From: a virus
DNA: 64,000 nucleotides
Strand: one strand, 5' to 3'
Virus record (IMG/VR): IMGVR_UViG_3300032285_004073
Coordinates: 1 to 64,000 of that record
Shown in pieces: positions 25,998 to 34,270 of this stretch (positions are counted from its first letter, which is position 1; each line of letters starts with the position of its first letter). A program made the translations under genes and the position numbers. The notes beneath the pieces were generated by a model. The model searched no databases and was not told where the DNA came from. It saw nothing but the letters and a program-made list of their open reading frames with translations.

Positions 25998-26969
25998 TTA
26001 AAATAAGTCTGATTCATCAAATGATTGGTTCTTCTTGGAATATTCAACTGGACGAGAATGGAAAAAATCTGTCATATTGTTTCCGAGTAATTCTTCTTCA
26101 AACCATTTTGTCGATTTGAGAAGCTCATTATTAACTTCAAATGCTTTTCTAAAACCAATTTGAACAAGAGAATCATTAATGCGATTCTTGATAAATTCTT
26201 TTAAGATTCCAGCAGTAAGACCTTCTTCTTGAATTCCGTTTACCATCCAATCAACAATCTTTGCTTCGGATTTGAAAGCTTCACCAGCTTCAAATATAAT
26301 TTTATCTTCTAATTCTGCATCAAAGAGATCTGGATATTCTTGACGAATGGTATTAATAATTTTTATACCAACGAGAGCATGAATATTCTCTTCGTTACGA
26401 GTATACTTTACTTGCTGATCTGTATCTTTAAGAACATTCTTAAATCTTGCGAACCAATTGATTACATAAAATTGTGAGAACAAGCTAACATTCTCAACAA
26501 ATAATGTAAATAAAATCAAAGCATAAAGATACTGTTTTTTAGAATCTTTATAAAAACGATGAGTATATTTACGAAGGTAATTTACACGGCCCTGAATCCA
26601 GTCAAGCTTTAAATTTTGTTCAAAAACTTCTTCAAGACCTAATACAGAAATAAGTCTTTCATAAGCATTATTATGAATGACTTCCACATTCGCCATTACA
26701 TATCCAAGATCCTGTAATGATGGATGTGGAAGATTCTCACCGAGTTTTGCCCAAAAGGTTTTAACCGCAACTTCAATCTGACCAATTGCGGAAAGTGTAC
26801 GTATGATAATTTCTCTTTCTTGATCTGTTAAATTAACTTTAAATTGTTGAATATCTGATTTAAAACTGAATTCTTTATCAGTCCAAAATCCATTGTGCAT
26901 TGCTTCAATGTATTCATCTGTCCAGGTGTAAAGGTTAGGTTTGCGTGAAATTTGTTCGTCGAATATCAT
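25998..26969 (-). CDS. nrdB: Class I ribonucleotide reductase beta subunit
   Basis: EVIHNNAY, VENVSLFSQF, RNEENIH, DFFHSRPVEY. Confidence 0.95.
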   Translation of the reverse strand: MIFDEQISRKPNLYTWTDEYIEAMHNGFWTDKEFSFKSDIQQFKVNLTDQEREIIIRTLSAIGQIEVAVKTFWAKLGENLPHPSLQDLGYVMANVEVIHNNAYERLISVLGLEEVFEQNLKLDWIQGRVNYLRKYTHRFYKDSKKQYLYALILFTLFVENVSLFSQFYVINWFARFKNVLKDTDQQVKYTRNEENIHALVGIKIINTIRQEYPDLFDAELEDKIIFEAGEAFKSEAKIVDWMVNGIQEEGLTAGILKEFIKNRINDSLVQIGFRKAFEVNNELLKSTKWFEEELLGNNMTDFFHSRPVEYSKKNQSFDESDLF

Positions 26970-27018
26970 ATCTTTGTCTTCTATTTAGTGATCAATTATC
27001 TTTATTTTAAAATAATAA

Positions 27019-27444
27019 TCACTTAGAATTTAAGGTATTTTTAACTCTAGATAACTTTTTGATTTTCAACGATTTATTTTTTTTATTTTTTCTTTTTTTG
27101 GCTATTTTTTCTAAAAAATTCTTTTGTAATTCTGATTTATAAATTTTATTTGATAGGTGTTTTAAAAAAGCTGCATTTTCTAAACGTGTACTAGTGTTTA
27201 TAAGTCTTTTTTCTGTATAAAGTACCTGTGTTTCACTCCAGTCGGGGAATAGATAATGAACACATTCGTGATATGCAGTTGCTAATAATTCACCACTTGG
27301 GTTTAATTCTATATCAGTCCAATTACAATAACCGTGCGCCCCTCTCATTTTACGAATTGCAAAAAATTCCGGAGGTTTACGCTTGACCAAACTTAAACAT
27401 CTTTTATATATTAATGATAAATCTTTTTTGGTCAATTTTTGCAT
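27019..27444 (-). CDS. Basic hypothetical protein with HExxH motif
   Basis: TAYHECVHYLFPDWSE; TAAGTA upstream. Confidence 0.6.
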   Translation of the reverse strand: MQKLTKKDLSLIYKRCLSLVKRKPPEFFAIRKMRGAHGYCNWTDIELNPSGELLATAYHECVHYLFPDWSETQVLYTEKRLINTSTRLENAAFLKHLSNKIYKSELQKNFLEKIAKKRKNKKNKSLKIKKLSRVKNTLNSK

Positions 27445-27521
27445 ACTTTAATACTTAGATTATAAACACTGATTATAAGATTTCAAGTTGATAGTGTCTA
27501 ATAAAGCTATATATTAATAAT

Positions 27522-28736
27522 ATGTTTGATGCAAAATCTAAAAATTTATTAGGATTTAAAAAAGATGATACAGAATCTTATTATAACCTGATTAATGATA
27601 ATGAGTTCCCTATAAGGAGGTATATTTATAATACCTTTAAAGTTGCGCCGTGTTTTTATTATCCTGATGAAGATTTTAACGGAGATATTTTACCATTTCT
27701 TCTTAAAAACGGTAAATTAATGAGTTTTACTTCGACTGGTAAAATTGATTTAATACAAAAAGATTCTTTAAAAGGAGTGAGAGGGGGAACATTTTGGTTT
27801 AGTTATAAAGATGTTTTTATTAGAGTTACTATTAAAAATCAAACAGATGAGAAGGAACATTTGAGGATTGGTGCAGGGTTTGCATCTAAGGAAATATTGT
27901 GGGAAGAAACGGATGAAGATTTGAAATATTCTTCTTCTTTAACTTTTAATGTAAGTTTTGTAGCTCCTTCTAGTGTACAAAAATATCCCTTAGAAGATTT
28001 TGTGCAATTTATTTCAAAACCGGAAAAAGCCAAAGTTCATCTTTTTATTAAAAATCAATACGGAGAATATGATTTTGAACCTATTAAGATTGATATACCG
28101 GAAAATATAGATTTAGAATTAAATTATGGTAAAGATTTTCTTGAGGTGGATAAGACTATTAAAGAAAGACTTTCAGAAAAATCTAGTGGTTTATATATGT
28201 TTCACGGACCTCCTGGAACCGGTAAAACTACCTATATCAAACACTTAGCAGCACAAATTGATAGAGATTTCATATATGTCCCAACAAGTATGTTGGAATT
28301 CTTTACATCAGATCCTAATAGTTTAAGTGTACTTTTACAAAAATCTAATTCTGTTCTTATTTTAGAAGATGCAGAAAAGGCTATTATGAAAAGAGAAGAT
28401 AATGGAATGGGGTCTAGTGTTTCTTCTCTTCTAAATCTTTCAGATGGTATTATGAGCGATATTTTAAAAACAGCAGTTGTCTTAACCTACAATTGTTCTA
28501 GACAAGATGTTGACGAAGCATTAAAAAGGAAAGGGAGACTTAGAGCTGATTATGAATTTGATTTACTTAAACCAGAGGAAGCTAAAAAATTAGCAAAGTC
28601 ACTAGACTACCCAGATGAATTAATAGAAAAAGAAATTAAGGAAAAAATGTCCATTGCAGATGTTTATAATCTTAAAGATAAGGTTGATTTTTATGAAAAG
28701 AAAGAAGAAGAACAACCAAGAATAGGTTTTAGATAA
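27522..28736 (+). CDS. AAA+ ATPase (BCS1-like C-terminal domain)
   Basis: HGPPGTGKT Walker A, LILEDAE Walker B, LLNLSDG, ALKRKGR. Confidence 0.9.
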   Translation: MFDAKSKNLLGFKKDDTESYYNLINDNEFPIRRYIYNTFKVAPCFYYPDEDFNGDILPFLLKNGKLMSFTSTGKIDLIQKDSLKGVRGGTFWFSYKDVFIRVTIKNQTDEKEHLRIGAGFASKEILWEETDEDLKYSSSLTFNVSFVAPSSVQKYPLEDFVQFISKPEKAKVHLFIKNQYGEYDFEPIKIDIPENIDLELNYGKDFLEVDKTIKERLSEKSSGLYMFHGPPGTGKTTYIKHLAAQIDRDFIYVPTSMLEFFTSDPNSLSVLLQKSNSVLILEDAEKAIMKREDNGMGSSVSSLLNLSDGIMSDILKTAVVLTYNCSRQDVDEALKRKGRLRADYEFDLLKPEEAKKLAKSLDYPDELIEKEIKEKMSIADVYNLKDKVDFYEKKEEEQPRIGFR

Positions 28737-29521
28737 TGGATACCTTTTCAAAATTAGAAAAAACTTTTGATCATATTCTTTTTGTAGATAAAGATCATAG
28801 TTATAGAATTAACGGCAAAATTGCTAAATATTCTGTAACTAAAATTCTTAAAAAATATGAAAAGCCGTTTCCAAGAGATGAAATGGCAAAGCATGTTGCT
28901 AATAAAAAAGGTGTATTAATTGAAGATATTTTACAAGAGTGGGATTATAAAAGAGATTACTCATCACATAAAGGATCAGAATTTCATTTATTTGCAGAAA
29001 ATTATCTACAACGCAGACAGATACCTATTGATAGAAAGGCTATAGAGGTTTTCTTAAAAGAAAATCATAATATAGGAACTGTAGAAGATTATTATAAAGA
29101 ACAAGCACATCTTATTACCAATTTTTTAAATTTTTATAAATGGTGGAAAGAAGATCATGTTTTAATCAAACCAGAATTTGTAGTGGGGGATGAAAATGCT
29201 AGTGTGTGCGGTACTATTGACAATCTTTCTTATAATACCAAAACTAAGAAATTGGTAATATTTGATTATAAAACCAATAAAGCTATAGAAAAGAAAAATT
29301 CAAGAGGAGAAACTTTGTTGCCTCCTTTTCAATATTTACCATCTTGTGAGTTGACTAAATATAGTTTACAGCTTTGTTTATATCAGCATATTATAGAAAA
29401 GCATACTGGGTTAGAAGTAGAAAAAAATTACATTGTTTGGGTAAACGGGAAAGAAAATTATGAATTGATAGAATGTTTAGATCTAAGCAAAGAAGCAGAA
29501 CAAATTCTACAAGAAGCATAA
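28736..29521 (+). CDS. PD-(D/E)XK exonuclease (RecB/Cas4-like fold, no Fe-S cysteines)
   Basis: GSEFH, PE, GTID, IFDYKT, YSLQLCLY. Confidence 0.85.
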   Translation: MDTFSKLEKTFDHILFVDKDHSYRINGKIAKYSVTKILKKYEKPFPRDEMAKHVANKKGVLIEDILQEWDYKRDYSSHKGSEFHLFAENYLQRRQIPIDRKAIEVFLKENHNIGTVEDYYKEQAHLITNFLNFYKWWKEDHVLIKPEFVVGDENASVCGTIDNLSYNTKTKKLVIFDYKTNKAIEKKNSRGETLLPPFQYLPSCELTKYSLQLCLYQHIIEKHTGLEVEKNYIVWVNGKENYELIECLDLSKEAEQILQEA

Positions 29522-29567
29522 TTTTAATTGAATTGGACATCAAACGAGGTAAATATTATCACAACAT

Positions 29568-30341
29568 ATGTCACTCATTAAATCATATCTCTCCGTATTA
29601 AACGAAGACAAAAAGAGCTTCACAAGCACAGGTGTAGCAGCTAATCAGGTCGGTGAACTTGAAGGAGCTAAAGAAAAAGCACATCCTTCTATTGATCCTA
29701 CCGAGAATGTTAAAGACCTTGAAACTCCAGTTGATGGTCCTTCTCAAGAAGACGTTACCGCAGAAGATTCCAAGCCTAAGGCAATAAAGAAAGAATCATC
29801 AAATCCTTTTGATGTTCTTTATAATAAGGTTTTAGCTCAAGAGAATTGGGAACTTGAAGAACAAGAGGAAGAAGATGCAGAAGCTGAAGATGCAGCGAAA
29901 GCTGATGATGTTTTTGCAGGTGTAGATGCTGTTGCTGATGATAAAGTTTCTGACGATGAAGAAGTAGGTTTAGAGCATGTTTTAAATCATCTTAAAAATG
30001 CTATTGAAGCTTTGGAAAAATTAGTGTCTGGAGCCAATAATGATTTAACAGATGATATTGTTGGTGAGGAGGATGCAGGAGAAGAGATAAAACAAGAGGC
30101 TGTTGAAGCTGAAGTTGAAGGTACTGCATTAGAGGATGAGGAAAAGCTCAATCACGGTTTAACCAAGCAAGGTTCTAGAACAGTAAAAGGTGCAGTTCCT
30201 GCTCCTAAGAAAGCAGCTTCTGTAGACAAAGGTAAGAAAGTTGATGGTAAGCCAGTACCTTTCAAACCAACTACAGATCTTACTAGCCCCAAGAACCACA
30301 ATGTTGGTGGTGTAGAAAATGGTAAGTTTCTTTTCGCTTAA
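29568..30341 (+). CDS. Highly acidic late protein, candidate prohead core/scaffold
   Basis: E/D-rich; TAAATA at 29550-55; followed by a strong terminator. Confidence 0.5.
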   Translation: MSLIKSYLSVLNEDKKSFTSTGVAANQVGELEGAKEKAHPSIDPTENVKDLETPVDGPSQEDVTAEDSKPKAIKKESSNPFDVLYNKVLAQENWELEEQEEEDAEAEDAAKADDVFAGVDAVADDKVSDDEEVGLEHVLNHLKNAIEALEKLVSGANNDLTDDIVGEEDAGEEIKQEAVEAEVEGTALEDEEKLNHGLTKQGSRTVKGAVPAPKKAASVDKGKKVDGKPVPFKPTTDLTSPKNHNVGGVENGKFLFA

Positions 30342-30362
30342 TTAAATATTAAACATAAAAAT

Positions 30363-30395
30363 AAAAAACTCCATCGCAAGATGGAGTTTTTTTTT
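30363..30395 (+). terminator. Intrinsic terminator, possibly bidirectional
   Basis: AAAAAACTCCATC-GCAA-GATGGAGTTTTTTTTT. Confidence 0.9.
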
Positions 30396-30418
30396 ACCCA
30401 AATTCCCTAAGTATCTTT

Positions 30419-30760
30419 ATGTTAGGAAGCTTTTCTTCATTTTTTAAAACCTCAACTCCTCATACCAGAGAACATCAACAAAATCCTATGAGGTCTATGA
30501 ATAGAAAACATTTGAATCAAGTGCCTTATTCAAAAAGCCAACAAGCTCTGGATCCTTTAATAGACAATATTATTAAAAATGATAAATACGGAAAATGGCC
30601 CAACATATCATATTATACAGGCAAAAGACTCGCCAAAACATATCATATTACTCATATAGATGACAAGAGCTATTCTAAAGATATTAATAAAACTGGAATA
30701 ATATTAAGTTATAATCCACAAACCAAAAAATTTACTTTAGAAAGAATAAAGAAAAAATAA
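30419..30760 (+). CDS. Hypothetical late protein
   Basis: 113-aa ORF; TAAGTA upstream. Confidence 0.6.
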   Translation: MLGSFSSFFKTSTPHTREHQQNPMRSMNRKHLNQVPYSKSQQALDPLIDNIIKNDKYGKWPNISYYTGKRLAKTYHITHIDDKSYSKDINKTGIILSYNPQTKKFTLERIKKK

Positions 30761-30761
30761 T

Positions 30762-31391
30762 ATGGAATCTTTACGTTTTTTTAATAAACAAATCAATCTT
30801 AATGAAAGACAAAATTTCAATGGTTGGTGGAAAGAACAGATTAATATCTATGGACAGGAAGTGACTTATTATAGTAATGGTACTACTCTTGATGCTTCTA
30901 ATTTCTTATACGGCGAAGATCCATCAGCTAATTTTGGTCCAGGAACACCTTTAATTGTATTATTAAATCTTAATAATGATTCAATACTTTTATCTAAATT
31001 TGGTATAGTAGCTGACGGTGATATAGCCGGTGTCATACATTTTGAGACCTATACATCTATTTTTGGTAATGGAGCAGAACCAAAAGCTGGGGATATTATT
31101 ACTTTACAAGAATTTGGGTCTGATCGTTTAAATTATCCAAAGAGAGGTCCTACGATCTATCAATTAACAGAGGTTATTGATGAATTTCAAGGCAATCCTC
31201 TCGGAGGACACTATGTATGGTTCTTCAAAGGCAAGCGTTATGATTATAGTGGTGAACCTGGTAGTCCTGGAGCTGGTCTGGGTAACAAGTCTTTAGATGA
31301 TAATGCTATAGCTAATATCACTGCAGATTCTAACTTCAATTATGTAGAAGAGAATTCTTGCAGTGATACTAGCGTTTATGGAAATTATTAA
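30762..31391 (+). CDS. Neck/head-completion protein (T4 gp14-like)
   Basis: EQINIYGQEVTYY, LSKFGI, EPKAGDII pattern. Confidence 0.65.
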   Translation: MESLRFFNKQINLNERQNFNGWWKEQINIYGQEVTYYSNGTTLDASNFLYGEDPSANFGPGTPLIVLLNLNNDSILLSKFGIVADGDIAGVIHFETYTSIFGNGAEPKAGDIITLQEFGSDRLNYPKRGPTIYQLTEVIDEFQGNPLGGHYVWFFKGKRYDYSGEPGSPGAGLGNKSLDDNAIANITADSNFNYVEENSCSDTSVYGNY

Positions 31392-31723
31392 ACAATTTCC
31401 ATTTCTTTGCTGGTGAAATCTTCTTCAGTATCTTCTGAATAACACACTTTAATTTTATAATCCTCTTCAAGGATCTTTTTATAAATAATGTGTTCAGTTG
31501 ATTCCATGTATTTAAGGACTGCTAATGGTTTGATTAAATTTTCAAAATCAATATTTTTCTCTTCAGCTTTATCAGCAATAATATTAACTGCTTCGTAAAG
31601 TGAAATCCATCTAGCAAGAGTCATAGCATCTTGGTGAGTTTTATTCCACCATTCTAAAGTATTAGAATTAGAACCAAAATCTAATTTTTCTCCGTTTTCA
31701 TTTAGGTATGTTTGTGTTGTCAT
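31388..31723 (-). CDS. Hypothetical protein
   Basis: 111-aa ORF. Confidence 0.6.
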   Translation of the reverse strand: MTTQTYLNENGEKLDFGSNSNTLEWWNKTHQDAMTLARWISLYEAVNIIADKAEEKNIDFENLIKPLAVLKYMESTEHIIYKKILEEDYKIKVCYSEDTEEDFTSKEMEIV

Positions 31724-31728
31724 ATTTT

Positions 31729-32160
31729 TTAAGATTCAATAGGCGTTACAACCTGATTCTGGAGAGAAGGTGCTACTGTTAAAGGTTCTGTTACTCTAGC
31801 TACCGTAAAATTAATGTTTACAACATTTTTACCATCACATTTATTACAAACAAACTCAATTCTTTTGTTTTCATCTGGCATAAATGTAACAACTTCAGGT
31901 TGCTGACAATAAGCACAACCTAAAATTGTAGACAATTGTTCTAATTTATCTAATTCTTTTTGCCTGGTTTGTTGAATAAAATAGTTATTAACTATATTGG
32001 CAAATAAAGTAAACAGTATATATTGCAATCCTGTAGACAAAATAAAAGAAGCCCAAAAACTTCCATTAAATAATTTAACTGATAAACCAATCAATGTTGA
32101 TATAACTAAAACAACAGATGTTGATTTGATAAATGTAACTAAATTTTTATTAATCTTCAT
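31729..32160 (-). CDS. Two-TM membrane protein with C-terminal zinc ribbon
   Basis: Two TMs; CAYC and CNKC. Confidence 0.65.
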   Translation of the reverse strand: MKINKNLVTFIKSTSVVLVISTLIGLSVKLFNGSFWASFILSTGLQYILFTLFANIVNNYFIQQTRQKELDKLEQLSTILGCAYCQQPEVVTFMPDENKRIEFVCNKCDGKNVVNINFTVARVTEPLTVAPSLQNQVVTPIES

Positions 32161-32202
32161 TAGGATATATTCCTACATAGTGTAAGGAATATCAAGGAGA
32201 TT

Positions 32203-32658
32203 TTAACTAATACCAGGACTCTGTGGTGGTAAAGGACCGGCTAATTGAGCTATTACTAATAATTCTGAACCTATAGTTTTAATATTAATTAAGGTTTTAG
32301 AAGAAAGTTCTTTTAATTCTTCCAATTGTCTTCTTTGGTTATTAGATAATGCTGCATTTTGATCTAAGCAGGTTTCTATTTTATTATAAGCCGCAGTTAA
32401 ATATACAAAACTATCGGTTAAATCTTCATTTATTGTTTGGAGAGGCCAAGGAAGACTTTGAGTTTGTTCTGGTTGTGTATCTGTGGGAGGAAATACTGGA
32501 GGAGCATTGTGTTGATATGGAAAATTATATCCATCTTTTGTACTAAAACCAACAAAGTCTTTACGAGGAGCTTCACTAGCTGCACCCATATGGGCATTAT
32601 TCCATAAGGTGCTAATATCCTCATTTATAACTTCATTCAATGCTCTGTTTAAATCCAT
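32203..32658 (-). CDS. Hypothetical protein
   Basis: 151-aa ORF in an operon after phoH. Confidence 0.6.
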   Translation of the reverse strand: MDLNRALNEVINEDISTLWNNAHMGAASEAPRKDFVGFSTKDGYNFPYQHNAPPVFPPTDTQPEQTQSLPWPLQTINEDLTDSFVYLTAAYNKIETCLDQNAALSNNQRRQLEELKELSSKTLINIKTIGSELLVIAQLAGPLPPQSPGIS

Positions 32659-32659
32659 T

Positions 32660-32842
32660 TTAAGCAGCTCTGCCTTGTCTGACTAAATTGCCACATCTTC
32701 CACACTGCCAACGAATATTCTTTTCTGGCTGTTTGGTTTTTTGATTGACACTTTCTACAATTCTACCCTGGACATGAGCACCACAGAAAGTACATGCTAT
32801 GGGCTGATTGGTAAGAATTTGATAATCTGGTTTGTTATTCAT
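32660..32842 (-). CDS. Small zinc-ribbon protein
   Basis: CTFC and CGRC. Confidence 0.7.
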   Translation of the reverse strand: MNNKPDYQILTNQPIACTFCGAHVQGRIVESVNQKTKQPEKNIRWQCGRCGNLVRQGRAA

Positions 32843-32851
32843 ATTCTATAT

Positions 32852-33736
32852 TTACTCGTGGTCACCAGGTTTCCAATCTTTTTTATGATTGTTTTCCTTG
32901 TGATGTTGTTGTTTATTAGCTTCTTCTTGTTGTTTAAGAAGCTGTAATTCTTTGAATTTATGAGTAATAAATCTGCAAAGCTCGGAACGAACTATGTCTT
33001 CTTCTGTTAATTCCATACAAAAAATGCCTTGAGACTTAGCTTCATCATTATTGAATAAATCAAAGACTTTATTGAAGCCAGATTTACCAACAGGTAAATC
33101 ACTTTGTTCTGGGTCACCACAAAGAAATACTTTAGAAAATTCTCCAATACGGCTCATTAAAGTATGTATTTCTCTGGTAGAAAAATTTTGTACTTCGTCT
33201 GCGCATATAAACTTTGCCGAGAAATGTAATCCTCTAGCAAAATTAATAGGACAAATGGTTAATCTATTATCTTTTTGAAGTCTATCTAATTGAGCTTTAC
33301 AAAGAAGTTCTTCAAATTTATCATGAAATGGTGTAAGATAAACTGCTATCTTTTCGTCTAAAGTTCCTGGTAAGAAACCTAATTTAGAATCAGAAGATTC
33401 TACAGCAGATCGAACTAATACCATGTCAGAAATTCTCTTCATATTAAGAAGAGTAAGACCACAATACATAGCAAGAGTTGTCTTGGATGTGCCTGCCGGG
33501 CCTTTGAGTAAAAGGACCTTAGTACCTTTATCTAGAAATCTACCAATAATTTCTTTTTGTTTTTCCGTCCAAGGCAAATTCTTAATTGTTAAATCAAATG
33601 AGATCTTATCTCTTTGAAAAACATAAGGGGAATTGTCTGCAGTTTTTCCAGCTTCAATGGCTGTTGACGTTTCGTGATGAACTCTACCTGATTGCTTGCG
33701 GTTGAATTCCTTCTTAGCGCGGGGTTTTTTGCCCAT
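32852..33736 (-). CDS. phoH: PhoH-like ATPase
   Basis: GPAGTSKT, GFLPGTLDEK, ARGLHF, DEVQN, GDPEQSD, DIVRS. Confidence 0.93.
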   Translation of the reverse strand: MGKKPRAKKEFNRKQSGRVHHETSTAIEAGKTADNSPYVFQRDKISFDLTIKNLPWTEKQKEIIGRFLDKGTKVLLLKGPAGTSKTTLAMYCGLTLLNMKRISDMVLVRSAVESSDSKLGFLPGTLDEKIAVYLTPFHDKFEELLCKAQLDRLQKDNRLTICPINFARGLHFSAKFICADEVQNFSTREIHTLMSRIGEFSKVFLCGDPEQSDLPVGKSGFNKVFDLFNNDEAKSQGIFCMELTEEDIVRSELCRFITHKFKELQLLKQQEEANKQQHHKENNHKKDWKPGDHE

Positions 33737-33748
33737 ATTTGTTATTAC

Positions 33749-34177
33749 TTAGACAACTGCTCCCTGAACTTTTGTATTGATTGGAGGGTTAACACTTCTT
33801 ACGTTGTTATCTGTTTGTGTATTATTATTTTTCTCCGATGAGGAAGCTGTAGGAGTTACAGGTTTGGTTGAAGATACTGTACCTGTATCAATTGGTTTGG
33901 CATCGAGACCTGCCTTTTTAAAGAGCTCTAAAGTTTTAGCTTGAATTGATGGGTCTAGACTTGAAAATTTAGTTGGAGTTTCATCGTTAAGCATATCAGC
34001 TATTGTAGTTAATAATTCATGATTGGAGCCGCCTTGAGTCCCTAATTTATCAAGAGTAGCATTTAAAGTATCTTTGTCTTTAGAAGGCAAATGTTGTATA
34101 GCATCATTAGCTCTGTCTAAAGTTGTGGGATTTATATTGGCTTCTGCCTCGTTTATTATTTGATCAAACTTCATCAT
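33749..34177 (-). CDS. Hypothetical late protein
   Basis: MMKFDQIINEAE; TAAATA upstream. Confidence 0.6.
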   Translation of the reverse strand: MMKFDQIINEAEANINPTTLDRANDAIQHLPSKDKDTLNATLDKLGTQGGSNHELLTTIADMLNDETPTKFSSLDPSIQAKTLELFKKAGLDAKPIDTGTVSSTKPVTPTASSSEKNNNTQTDNNVRSVNPPINTKVQGAVV

Positions 34178-34270
34178 AATAATATTTACAACTCAAACAT
34201 ATAAAGTCATCGTTTCTAAAAAAAATGCTAAAACGTGCCAAATGAAGGATAAATAGTCTCATAATTTTAT

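Noticed and set aside
28736-29521. Cas4 or a CRISPR system
   Set aside because: No Fe-S cysteine set, no other cas genes, and no repeat-spacer array in any intergenic region I read.
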